DNA of 58,385 bases. It comes from a virus. Lineage: Duplodnaviria; Caudoviricetes. The position numbers and the translations under genes are program-made. The stretch is from the IMG/VR virus record IMGVR_UViG_3300034104_000851, positions 1 to 58,385 of that record. One strand, given 5' to 3'. Below, piece after piece: positions 17,248 to 26,071 of the stretch; the first letter of the stretch is position 1, and each line of letters opens with the position of its first letter. The notes under the pieces were generated by a model. It was not told the origin of the DNA. It searched no databases and saw only the letters and a program-made list of their open reading frames with translations.

Positions 17248-17661
17248 TTAAACGCAGTGGATGATTGCGAAGTTAATCACTACTGCTTCTGACAGCGTAC
17301 CGCCAGAAATGTTGCGTAGGCTGATGCTGACAGAGCCAGCAGCCAAACCGTTTGCAAACACGTTGTACGATCCAGCGGTCGCTTGACCGCCAGAGATAGT
17401 AAGAATAACAGTGTCATTTGCAGAAATGAAGCTGTTGTTCAGCGTGAACGTAGCGTTAGTGGCAGTAGTCAAAGACGCGTTGTTCATAGTGATACGGCCA
17501 GCAGGCTTGTTCAGCGTAACGGCAGTTGACTTATCTGTCGCCTGCGTGACTGTACCTTGTGCTGCGGCGGTGTAGCCGAGTTGCTCGTCAGCCAAGAGAT
17601 ATTGTGCGCCAATAATATCTTGGTCTAGGAAAGCAACGCCAATAGATTTTGTATTAGCCAT
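17248..17661 (-). CDS. Putative capsid accessory protein
   Basis: Thr/Ala beta-rich (GTVTQAT.KSTAVTLN...GRITM); head operon; orthologue in B. Confidence 0.6.
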   Translation of the reverse strand: MANTKSIGVAFLDQDIIGAQYLLADEQLGYTAAAQGTVTQATDKSTAVTLNKPAGRITMNNASLTTATNATFTLNNSFISANDTVILTISGGQATAGSYNVFANGLAAGSVSISLRNISGGTLSEAVVINFAIIHCV

Positions 17662-17682
17662 TGATTTTCTCCTGAAAAGGAT

Positions 17683-17702
17683 GCCCCGACCGTAGCCGGG
17701 GC
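17683..17702 (-). other. Intergenic hairpin
   Basis: GCCCCGGC-TACG-GTCGGGGC, identical in copy B. Confidence 0.55.
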
Positions 17703-17709
17703 AAACCTA

Positions 17710-18108
17710 TTAGCCAGCGATACGGTACAGGTTGTACGTAGCTTCGCCGGTCTTGACAGCGCGGAACAATACGCTGCGCGATGCAACGCCTGTACCAACG
17801 CCAACCAACGTCCAGCCAGTGCCTACTACGATAGTAGGAACGCCAGTGCTGGTAGCAATCAAAGAAAACTCAAACGATGAGTTAACTTTGGCGCTGCTGA
17901 TGTCAGCGTTAACAACGGTGACTGCAGGAAGCGTAAGGTCAGCAGTAGACGACGAAGTGTAGACAACTGCGCCACCAGCCAAATCGGCAGTGGTCAGTGT
18001 AGCGGCTGCGGTGTACGCGGTAGGGATTGCGGATACGCCCAGCGTGACTTCGCCGAGGTTGCCGTCGCCAACTTGATAACCGCCGGCGCCATTAGGTAGA
18101 ATAGCCAT
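17710..18108 (-). CDS. Putative capsid decoration protein
   Basis: Directly after the coat gene; beta-rich; orthologue in B. Confidence 0.6.
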   Translation of the reverse strand: MAILPNGAGGYQVGDGNLGEVTLGVSAIPTAYTAAATLTTADLAGGAVVYTSSSTADLTLPAVTVVNADISSAKVNSSFEFSLIATSTGVPTIVVGTGWTLVGVGTGVASRSVLFRAVKTGEATYNLYRIAG

Positions 18109-18131
18109 ATTATAAATCCTTTAAAATGTTT

Positions 18132-18153
18132 GGCCCCCAGCGAACTGGGGGCC
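18132..18153 (-). other. UUCG tetraloop hairpin after the coat gene
   Basis: GGCCCCCAG-TTCG-CTGGGGGCC; two compensated pairs in copy B. Confidence 0.8.
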
Positions 18154-18162
18154 GGTATTAGG

Positions 18163-19371
18163 TTAACCCCAGAGACGGCAGGCCATTTGCGGACGGATCG
18201 TGCTGTAGCCATACAGAACGTCGATACGGCAAGGCATACGGTCGTTGTTGATGTCGTACTGACGAACAACGCGAAGCGAGATGCCGTTATGCACCTGACG
18301 CGAAGCCATATCTACGCCCTGTGGGAGCAGAAGGTCGGCGGTTGCGAAGGTGATAGCGTCCTTGTGGTATACGAGGTTCTGCGCGTATTGCGTAGAAGCC
18401 GCGCCGACGAACACGATTGCCTTGCTGTTGCCGGGCAGTGTGTTGACAGTGGCAAGTGCGTGTGCAGCCGAGTAGATTGCAGCAACAGTGATGTTACCAG
18501 CGCCTGCGCCGCTGAGCGTGACATCAGCAAGAGCAACGAACTGGAACAACGAACCAGTGCTTTCACGGGTCTGTGGGTTGACAGCAAAGCAGTCAGCTAC
18601 AGTGAACACGTCGCCAGCCTTAACGGTAGCCGATGCGCCAGCGCCAGTGATGGCAATGGTGGTTGCGCCTTCCGACGTAACAGCAGCCGAAGTCGTGCCG
18701 CCAGTTGCAGTACGCGAACCAGTGGTGAACTGCTTGATGGACTGCGACATATTGATTTCTTCAAAACCAAGTACGCCGGTACCCATCATGCCGTTCTTGA
18801 ACTGCTTGCTGACAGTGTCGGTTGGGTTGAAAAGACCCTTCATGCCTTCGACCAAACCAGCGTTTGCGGCTGGGTTGACAGTGGCATAACGTGGCGACAT
18901 TACGGCAGCGTTTTCGTTCAGCTTCTGCTGTGCAGCAAGAAGAACAGCCGAAGTCGATGGCGTAGTGCCGGGCGTGCCAACAGTGTTACCGATGGTTGCA
19001 TACGCATTCGCAACGTCAGCGTCGATGCTGGAAGCAAGCTGCGAGATACGTGGCTTCAGAACGCGCTCTGCGAAATCATCAAGCTGCATGGTCAATTCAG
19101 CAGTCGTGAAGTTAACGCCGATGTGCTTCTGGTTGGCAACGGTCAGAGTTGTGAACTGCTCGTTGTCATCCTGTACCTGAAGGGCTGCGCCATCAGTTAC
19201 AAGTGCGCGGTCTGGAAGACGGATACGCAGGGTTGAACCAATTTTAGCACCTTCAACAGCAAAGCTGTCATCGTACTGACGGTTTACGTTACGTGTAAGA
19301 ACCAAGTTGTTTTCGAGAATCTCAAGCGCCTTACGCGTGATCATGTCGATGGTTAAAATCGAGTTACTCAT
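18163..19371 (-). CDS. Major capsid protein (P22 coat family)
   Basis: N..LT..MITR.AL.ILEN.L, KIG.TLRIRLP, C-terminal RIDVLYG...RP. Confidence 0.92.
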   Translation of the reverse strand: MSNSILTIDMITRKALEILENNLVLTRNVNRQYDDSFAVEGAKIGSTLRIRLPDRALVTDGAALQVQDDNEQFTTLTVANQKHIGVNFTTAELTMQLDDFAERVLKPRISQLASSIDADVANAYATIGNTVGTPGTTPSTSAVLLAAQQKLNENAAVMSPRYATVNPAANAGLVEGMKGLFNPTDTVSKQFKNGMMGTGVLGFEEINMSQSIKQFTTGSRTATGGTTSAAVTSEGATTIAITGAGASATVKAGDVFTVADCFAVNPQTRESTGSLFQFVALADVTLSGAGAGNITVAAIYSAAHALATVNTLPGNSKAIVFVGAASTQYAQNLVYHKDAITFATADLLLPQGVDMASRQVHNGISLRVVRQYDINNDRMPCRIDVLYGYSTIRPQMACRLWG

Positions 19372-19386
19372 GGAAATAATCCTAAT

Positions 19387-20175
19387 TTATCGGTTGCGTT
19401 GTGCCTCGTACTTCTTGATCTGCCGTAGCCGTTCTGCCTCAATCCAATCTGACGTACTCATGGACTTTACTGACCGTGGGTCTGTCGTATCAAATGTTGG
19501 CGCACCAGCGGTGCGGGCATTGACAGGTGCAATCGGTGCCGGGGCGTTGGATGTTTTTTTGAATGTAGGTTCGGCTGAAAGCCGCGCCTCAATCATTCCA
19601 ATTTCCCTAGCTTGCAAAATGGGGTCTAAACGCGAAATACGCTGGGCATCTTTTGTGTTGATACCTAAGTGATAAATCACGTCGGGGCCAACGTCGGATG
19701 CTTGTATTGCCATTGCCATCGCGTCGGTGATCGGAAGGTTGGGGTTGTATGCGACTTGTTCAAAGTCATCATACTTGTCCCGCGCTGCCTCTTCACGTTC
19801 GTGATAAGACTCTAGCATTGCACGTTGCTGGTTATCCCTTTCACGGCGTACCAGCATTTCTTCGGCTTTACGCTCAGCCAAAACCTCTGCGTAATCCTCG
19901 TAAGTCTCAAATTGTTCAGGGGTTATGTCGTGGATCGGCTGCTGCCGTGCCTGCACTTCCTCTGCCCTTTGAGCCTGTTCGCGTTCCCATTTACGCTGCT
20001 CTCTTGCGAGTCGTTTACCTACGATGGCGTCTAAGTCTTCTTGTGAAAAAGTCTTAGGTGCTTCCTGATCAGCAGACTGCTCTTCCGGCGTCGTGTTTTC
20101 TACAGGCTCGATTGCTGCCGTGGCTTCGAGTTCTGGCGCGGAGGCATCCGCTTCGGTAAAGACATTATCGTCCAT
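19387..20175 (-). CDS. Scaffolding protein
   Basis: Acidic/coiled-coil protein upstream of coat; GPDVIYHLG and APAPIAPV motifs. Confidence 0.8.
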   Translation of the reverse strand: MDDNVFTEADASAPELEATAAIEPVENTTPEEQSADQEAPKTFSQEDLDAIVGKRLAREQRKWEREQAQRAEEVQARQQPIHDITPEQFETYEDYAEVLAERKAEEMLVRRERDNQQRAMLESYHEREEAARDKYDDFEQVAYNPNLPITDAMAMAIQASDVGPDVIYHLGINTKDAQRISRLDPILQAREIGMIEARLSAEPTFKKTSNAPAPIAPVNARTAGAPTFDTTDPRSVKSMSTSDWIEAERLRQIKKYEAQRNR

Positions 20176-20226
20176 GTTTAACCCTTAAAGAGTTCCTGAT
20201 GAGCCGCATCAGTACGGTTGGTGGCT

Positions 20227-20255
20227 AGACTACATCATTTGATGCAGTCTGGCAA
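20227..20255 (-). promoter_or_regulatory. Promoter for the scaffold-coat operon
   Basis: TTGCCA-N17-TAGTCT with palindromic TGCATCA-AA-TGATGTA across the spacer. Confidence 0.65.
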
Positions 20256-20260
20256 TCTTG

Positions 20261-20524
20261 TTACGCTTCTACTTCTGCGGGAGCGTTCTTAGCTTGTTCT
20301 GCGGCATAGGCAGCTACTACGTCAGCGGTGTGCGTCGCGGCGCATATTGCCTGCACGCGAGCATCTTCTGCGCTGTAGTCATCGCCGGGGGCGACAACGT
20401 GACGGTGGAATGTGCCGCTGATCTGTTCGCCGTCTTCGAGGATGGCAGTCTTAGTGCGTACTTGCACTGCGCCGTTCTCAAGAACTTCGACCTTATCTAC
20501 CACTACATTTTTTTCTAAAGCCAT
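20261..20524 (-). CDS. Small fibre-associated protein
   Basis: VDKVEVLENGAVQVR...EDGEQIS.TFHRHVV.PGDD; AGGAG RBS; ends the fibre cluster. Confidence 0.7.
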   Translation of the reverse strand: MALEKNVVVDKVEVLENGAVQVRTKTAILEDGEQISGTFHRHVVAPGDDYSAEDARVQAICAATHTADVVAAYAAEQAKNAPAEVEA

Positions 20525-20569
20525 TTTTATTCTCCTGTTTCCAGACCGGCTATCCCGCCGGACATTAGG

Positions 20570-22444
20570 TTAACTTATGTACTCAACTTCGCGGGTTATA
20601 TAAAGTATTGACCCTGTGGTGTTGGCTATGTCAATCTTGTAAAGGTTTTCGTCCGACGGAGAACCGTTGATAGTAACCGCTACGCCCGATCCAAGGCTGT
20701 TTACAGCCACTACATATACGCGTCCGGCTGTCGTGCCGTCACCGCGAACAATGTACTCATGCACACCCTTAGCGCCTGCGTTAAAAATATGCCGCACGCG
20801 GACTGTGTAATCCTCGTTAAGCTGCCCAAATTCTTGGCTGGTAAACGTAGACGCCGTGTTGACGCTGTTATCATATCGGTTGTTCTTAGGGTACGCGACG
20901 GCAGCTTCGGCTGCGGTAAGCAGATTAGGTTCAAACGACCAATAGATCGGCGTGCGCCATTCAGACTCAAAAATAGATACGTCGCAAGTGGTTAGAAAAT
21001 CACCTGTTTCAATCGGTGCTACTAAAGTGAACAAGCCTGTATATGGCCCCCATGTAAACCCTTCAGTCACACCTATGTCAACGCCGCCAATAGTAACGAC
21101 AGCATTAGAAAAGCCGTTATTTTCGTCTGTGCAAGCCGCTGCAAAAGAACCATAAATATAGCCGTCCGCAACTGTTTGCGACGACTCAGTGTTGTTATTT
21201 ATGAGGTTGTTTGTGTTTATGCCGACGCATTTTTCGCGCACGCCTGTTGGAAGCGTACCGCTATAGGGGGTGCGCCCTACGCCAGCATTAGAACCAGCGA
21301 GGCTTGTTTCGATAAACCTATTTCCGTGCCGCCCAATATCTGTTGAAAGTGGGCTTAGGAACATCGTGTAAGTGTCAGTCTGACCGTAAGTGGCGTCATT
21401 TGAAACGACAGGCGTAACTGTTTCTGGCGTGACGGCGATCCAACCGTAACCACTAGCTTTAATTGGACACTGCGAGGATATTTCAGCGCCGAAAGGCAGG
21501 CGAATTTCGTCAGGCATAAACGCCGAAGGATATAGTCTGTTGCTGACAAATAACTTCAAACCGGAATATCCGAACGCTGGCATATATGGCTGTAGCAGCC
21601 CATAGCCTGAGTCCACGCCTGTGTTTTCCGCGCTCACATTATCAAGGCCAATATTGCAGTTCCAGTTGGAGTCTGTCTGATAAATACCCGCTGGCTCACA
21701 ACCTTCAAAATGCGTATTCCGCATATTCATAAAGGTGGCGCTACCATTGATGTGTATGCCGCCGCCGACAGTGGTGTCGTGAAACATATTTCGGTCAAGA
21801 TAAAACAGGTTCATGTTGACGTTATCAAGTTCGACGCACGTTTCAGTTTTGAAAGCGTTGCAGCGGTCAATGTATGTGGGGCCAAAATAGTTGGCGGGCG
21901 TAGATGGGTCGCCGGTCGTGCAATAAAACCGGATAAAGTTTTTCATGCCGTAACAGTTTACGTTCTGCCAAAGCAGTTTTTGCACGTAGTTCGCCGTAGA
22001 TTTTCCTACTGAGAACCCTTCGCTGGTGCGGAAATAAACGCTGTCTTTTGTTTGGCGGATTGAAAAATCCTCAAAAGACACGTTCTGGAAATAAAAGTCG
22101 TTAAACTGAATATCGAACAGCTTTGATGCAGTTTTGTTAAAAATGATGTTGGTGCGGCTTTCGATAACACCGTCGCCCTGCGTAATTGCGTCGCTGGCAA
22201 TCTCGCCCACCATGCGGAACGTAACTTGGCTGCCCGAAGCGCGTGTACCGTTAATCAGCAACGGATCAGTGATTAGATAGTTGCCTTGGGGGACAAAAAG
22301 CGTTTTGGAGTTGTCCAGACAAAAGTCTATTGCCGCCTGAAACGCAGTGGTGCAATCGAAGCTACCGTTTCCGTTCGCGCCAAAATCCAGCACGTTTGCA
22401 GTCGCGCCGTCGATCATTGAGTAGGTGGCTTTAGTCAGAGACAT
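20570..22444 (-). CDS. Tailspike with pectate-lyase-like beta-helix
   Basis: NVLDFGA.GNG..D.TTAFQAAID...LFVPQGNY; very short N-terminus SLTKATYSMI. Confidence 0.8.
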   Translation of the reverse strand: MSLTKATYSMIDGATANVLDFGANGNGSFDCTTAFQAAIDFCLDNSKTLFVPQGNYLITDPLLINGTRASGSQVTFRMVGEIASDAITQGDGVIESRTNIIFNKTASKLFDIQFNDFYFQNVSFEDFSIRQTKDSVYFRTSEGFSVGKSTANYVQKLLWQNVNCYGMKNFIRFYCTTGDPSTPANYFGPTYIDRCNAFKTETCVELDNVNMNLFYLDRNMFHDTTVGGGIHINGSATFMNMRNTHFEGCEPAGIYQTDSNWNCNIGLDNVSAENTGVDSGYGLLQPYMPAFGYSGLKLFVSNRLYPSAFMPDEIRLPFGAEISSQCPIKASGYGWIAVTPETVTPVVSNDATYGQTDTYTMFLSPLSTDIGRHGNRFIETSLAGSNAGVGRTPYSGTLPTGVREKCVGINTNNLINNNTESSQTVADGYIYGSFAAACTDENNGFSNAVVTIGGVDIGVTEGFTWGPYTGLFTLVAPIETGDFLTTCDVSIFESEWRTPIYWSFEPNLLTAAEAAVAYPKNNRYDNSVNTASTFTSQEFGQLNEDYTVRVRHIFNAGAKGVHEYIVRGDGTTAGRVYVVAVNSLGSGVAVTINGSPSDENLYKIDIANTTGSILYITREVEYIS

Positions 22445-22456
22445 AATAGTTCTCGC

Positions 22457-23323
22457 TTATACGGTGTAAGTAATGGACGCACCCACATATTTTCCAGCGC
22501 CAGCAGAAATATTTATGTAAGCGCCGGTCACTGCGTCAAGAAATGAAATTCGGTTGTCAGCAGACTGAATATGGGCTGTCGCTACCGCAGAACCCATACC
22601 TATAAAAAAGCATGACCCGTATGCACGTTCAGCAGAACTGGAAAAGGGCAGCCCCGTAATAAGCAAAACGCCAGATGCGCCCGTAGTATTTACGTTAAAC
22701 AATGAGATTTGCGCCGTCACTTGACGACCTATGCGGGTGTAACGTCCGCTAGCGGTAACTGGCGTGGTAGGCGCGGCGGCGTCGCCTGTCAGTGTACCTG
22801 TCCATACACCTTCCTCATAGTCATTCAGCAATTCGCTGGTCATGCCAGCAGCGTGCGTTGCTGCGCTGAAGTCAATGCCTTTGCCAGCGGCGCTAGGAAC
22901 GAAGTTACCAGAAGCAAGTTTCAGGTCGCCATTTGGAAACAAAGCCATTGTTTCGGGAAAACTAGCGATAGGACTTCCAGCCGTTCCAGACGCCGCGCTG
23001 TACCAAACATGGAAGCCAGAGTTTTGCTGATACCATCCAGCGGCACCAGTTACGTTATAGCGCAGAGCATTATCATAATACCAGTTTGAGCCGATATTAT
23101 TATAGACGCCTTTTGAAAACAGTCCGCCATCGTTAGGTACGTCGAGATGCCCCGGCCCAGTCCAAGCCATCTTGGTTGTCGCAACCGCTACGTTGTTTTG
23201 CGTCTGAGTGAGGTCAGCAACTGATACTTTAACGGTAGCGCCGCTCTGAACAATAGGCAAAACTTCTGTGCCAGCAAGGGGGCTGGCAGCAGTTGTAAGC
23301 GCGGAAATCTTTTTATCAGCCAT
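22457..23323 (-). CDS. Fibre protein
   Basis: N-terminal ADKKISAL...PIVQSGAT; C-terminal GIDFSA...YEEGVWT...GRYTRIGRQVT...ITGLPF. Confidence 0.75.
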   Translation of the reverse strand: MADKKISALTTAASPLAGTEVLPIVQSGATVKVSVADLTQTQNNVAVATTKMAWTGPGHLDVPNDGGLFSKGVYNNIGSNWYYDNALRYNVTGAAGWYQQNSGFHVWYSAASGTAGSPIASFPETMALFPNGDLKLASGNFVPSAAGKGIDFSAATHAAGMTSELLNDYEEGVWTGTLTGDAAAPTTPVTASGRYTRIGRQVTAQISLFNVNTTGASGVLLITGLPFSSSAERAYGSCFFIGMGSAVATAHIQSADNRISFLDAVTGAYINISAGAGKYVGASITYTV

Positions 23324-23334
23324 AGTTTATATCC

Positions 23335-25224
23335 TTACAAATTGCCTTCAGACACCCAAGTTCCGGGCTGCCCTGATACGGTACAAATCCAACCTTTTGG
23401 TGAGCCAACAGCGGGTGATGCGTTCATTACGCGGCTTCCCTTGCACCATTTGATATTGCCGTAGTCGCCGGGGTTAGATTGAGGACTGGTTGGGCCAAAC
23501 AATATTTTAGGGTGGACTAACGATCCAGTTACGGTGTCTGTGTAAATGCCGCCAAACGAAAGCTGTCCATCTGTCGGGTTAAGCGCAAAAAAGCGGCTTC
23601 CAGCGGCAAACACTTGATCGCCACCCAACCAGTAAGATACGTTTCCTACAGGAGCGCGTCCGCTCGTGCTAAGAGAAGCGTATCCTTCATACAGTTCAAT
23701 CGAAGCGTAATCCGTACCAAGATTGAGCGCGCCGCGAGAGTTTTGTGTACCAAACTTATGCAAGCGGCCAGTAACTGCGTTTCCACCAGAAACCAAGCCT
23801 GTAGCAGTATCGCCCCATTTAATTGCGTATTCGTTTGCCGTAATCATGGCGGCGTCTTGCTGGATGCCGTTGCCAGTGATCGTCAAACCTTTATGAAGCG
23901 CAGTACCCTTATCGCACTCAATATCACCGCCGGCGTTACCTTCCAGATAGTTTCCGGTGATTGTAACGCCATAGCAAGCTGCAAGGCTGATAGCTGGGCC
24001 TGCAACGCCACTCAAACCTTGAATGACGTTCCCGTCGATTGTGCAAGTGTTCATCGCAGGATCGGCAGCGGCGTCATAAATTGACAGGAAGGCGTCGCCT
24101 TGCTCAATTAGGTTGTTGGTGAAATGCAAATCGTAAGCAATAGGCATTGCGGCAAAATAGCCTGTCCAACCCCATGCACTGCAACCCATCGCATAGATAG
24201 ACTGCGCGTAGAGCGTGCTGTTGTTAAACATCCGAATACGGTCAAAAGCGCAGTTCGAGAAAATAATGCGGCGATACGTTGCGCCGTTAATAACTTGTGC
24301 CAGCACGCCAGCATCAGTCTTAAAATACATATTGTCGAAAGTGATTAATTCAGCATCAAGGTTTGTAACAAACATCGTGCCGGCATCAGCTTTATATAGG
24401 CCGCCTGCGCCGCCGCCAGACACGACAAGCCGCTTTTGAGTTGTCAAAAGCGAACGGTCAATCGTGATGAAAAAGACCTTCGCAAGTCCGGGAAAAAATA
24501 GGTTTACATCGTTCGCAACTGCATAATCAAAAGCGTCTTGAACTGCTGCCGTGTCATCCGTCACGCCATCGCAAACAGCACCGAAATCTTTGACCGAAAC
24601 ATATTCTGCCAGCTTGTCTTGGACGTTGGTGGCTACGCTGCCGGTAAACGGTGGGTCATAGCTAACAATCGACGCGTCTACAGCGCCAGTAGTAGTCTGG
24701 ATTGCTGTGGTGAACTTTACCTCACCGCCGACGTGTACGCCAGACGTAAACGTCACGGTGTCGCTGTCCGTCTCCAGATAGCTGTCACCAACATACTGGT
24801 TCACGCCGTCGATGTAGACGGTCAGCGAGTTCGTGCCGGGCGTGTAGTTGATCGTCGAAAGGTTGAACACGGTCTGGCCGGCGGTAGCCGTGATGACTTC
24901 TTCCTGCACCGTGTAGTTGACGAAATTCGAGTTGACGCCAGTGATGTTGTCGTAAGTGCCCAGCAGGATGCCTGTGGCTGTCTCAATAACAAACTTATAG
25001 ACCAGACCGTCAGTCAGCCAAATTTCGCCGCCCGGTACGCGTCCTGCGCTGTCCAAAATGATAGGGTTTGCGTGCGGCGTGACGCCAGACGCGCTGGTAT
25101 ACGTGACTTGCGGCGTAGTTGTGCCGGCTGCATAGGTATAAATCTTGCCGCCCGACAGGATAACGCCGTTATTGTCGAAGAACTGCGCTGCGAAGCCGCC
25201 GATGGGCGAAGGGGTTACTGACAT
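23335..25224 (-). CDS. Primary tailspike
   Basis: Virion-binding N-terminus (GKIYTYAAGTTTP...NPIILDSAGR), TATAGQTVF domain, VSVKDFGA..DGVTDDT beta-helix start. Confidence 0.85.
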   Translation of the reverse strand: MSVTPSPIGGFAAQFFDNNGVILSGGKIYTYAAGTTTPQVTYTSASGVTPHANPIILDSAGRVPGGEIWLTDGLVYKFVIETATGILLGTYDNITGVNSNFVNYTVQEEVITATAGQTVFNLSTINYTPGTNSLTVYIDGVNQYVGDSYLETDSDTVTFTSGVHVGGEVKFTTAIQTTTGAVDASIVSYDPPFTGSVATNVQDKLAEYVSVKDFGAVCDGVTDDTAAVQDAFDYAVANDVNLFFPGLAKVFFITIDRSLLTTQKRLVVSGGGAGGLYKADAGTMFVTNLDAELITFDNMYFKTDAGVLAQVINGATYRRIIFSNCAFDRIRMFNNSTLYAQSIYAMGCSAWGWTGYFAAMPIAYDLHFTNNLIEQGDAFLSIYDAAADPAMNTCTIDGNVIQGLSGVAGPAISLAACYGVTITGNYLEGNAGGDIECDKGTALHKGLTITGNGIQQDAAMITANEYAIKWGDTATGLVSGGNAVTGRLHKFGTQNSRGALNLGTDYASIELYEGYASLSTSGRAPVGNVSYWLGGDQVFAAGSRFFALNPTDGQLSFGGIYTDTVTGSLVHPKILFGPTSPQSNPGDYGNIKWCKGSRVMNASPAVGSPKGWICTVSGQPGTWVSEGNL

Positions 25225-25228
25225 CTAA

Positions 25229-25390
25229 TTACTCCAGCAGCAACAATCCGCCGTCCTCTTGGACGAGGTTGTCACCTATTTCAGTTAGCAGATTGCCTTG
25301 CACGGTCGCGTCAGAGTAGCCAGACAGAAAGCTAATAATGCTCCCTAACCCTAAAGCAATACCATTACGAAGCGCGCCGCCGAAGCCCAT
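25229..25390 (-). CDS. 53-aa protein, putative fibre linker
   Basis: Read manually: MGFGGALRNGIALGLGSIISFLSGYSDATVQGNLLTEIGDNLVQEDGGLLLLE; fills the gap with 3-4 nt spacing on each side. Confidence 0.8.
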   Translation of the reverse strand: MGFGGALRNGIALGLGSIISFLSGYSDATVQGNLLTEIGDNLVQEDGGLLLLE

Positions 25391-25393
25391 ATA

Positions 25394-25699
25394 TCAGTTC
25401 CGGTTAATCGGCTTGGCGTACACCGTACCGCCTGTGGACACCTGAATGGCACTCACGCGCCAAGGTGAGCCGTTCGTGTTGACGGTCAGCACAAAAGGAA
25501 TTGGCGTAAATGGCGGAATTGGCGTACTGGCGGTCGTAGCGACAGCGCCGACGCCTACTTCGACGTAGCAAGCCTGATCCGACCAGACCACAACGCCCTG
25601 CGCGCCGGGAGGCCATGTGGACGTGTTACCAGCAGTGCCGGTATACGCCACGCTGTATGCAGGATAATCAGCTTTGCTTAGTGGGTTTAAAAGTTCCAT
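25394..25699 (-). CDS. Small beta-rich virion protein (possible head-spike base)
   Basis: 101 aa with beta-strand pattern, between portal and fibres; function is inference. Confidence 0.6.
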   Translation of the reverse strand: MELLNPLSKADYPAYSVAYTGTAGNTSTWPPGAQGVVVWSDQACYVEVGVGAVATTASTPIPPFTPIPFVLTVNTNGSPWRVSAIQVSTGGTVYAKPINRN

Positions 25700-25708
25700 A
25701 GCGCGTCC

Positions 25709-26071
25709 TTATGCGAGAAATTTCAGTTTATACAGCGTGCTGTAATACAGGCCAAAAATCTCGTCGATAATGTTTTGGATTGAGGTGCAATCCTTATCGA
25801 CGACTTTATACCGCATTTCCATCAGTTCGTCTACTTGACCTTCAAGAAACTCGACAATGTTGTTGGTTTTCTTAGCCGACATCAGCGAAATAGGGCCGAT
25901 GAGGCCATATTTGCCCTGATAGGCTTCCGCGTATTTGTCCGCCAAGTCAATGATTTCGCTGTAAAACTTCCGCAACGCTTTATGCTTTGCGTAGCTGCGT
26001 GTGTTCAGATGCGTCGAGTGTGCCACGTCACGCGCAAGAAACAATGTACCTACAAAATCAGCGCAACTCAT
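25709..26071 (-). CDS. Ferritin/Dps-like four-helix protein (DUF5856-like)
   Basis: AHSTHLNT.SYAKHKAL..FY...DKYAEAYQG...IIDEI....YKL. Confidence 0.7.
   Translation of the reverse strand: MSCADFVGTLFLARDVAHSTHLNTRSYAKHKALRKFYSEIIDLADKYAEAYQGKYGLIGPISLMSAKKTNNIVEFLEGQVDELMEMRYKVVDKDCTSIQNIIDEIFGLYYSTLYKLKFLA

Larger units (their letters stand above)
1..20195. repeat. Variant A of a segment repeated in diverged form at 40672-58385
   Basis: Same gene order from SSB to scaffold; 1-126 identical to 40672-40797 and 20069-20195 identical to 58259-58385; many synonymous differences and module swaps in between. Confidence 0.97.

Noticed and set aside
18109-18165. Stop readthrough fusing coat to the next in-frame gene
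   Set aside because: An in-frame TAA (TTT TAA) lies within the 54-nt spacer
18130-19236. Long antisense ORFs (also 27232..28095, 2244..2993, 56320..57024)
   Set aside because: Shadows of well-supported genes on the other strand; no motifs; the 368-aa one is shorter in copy B
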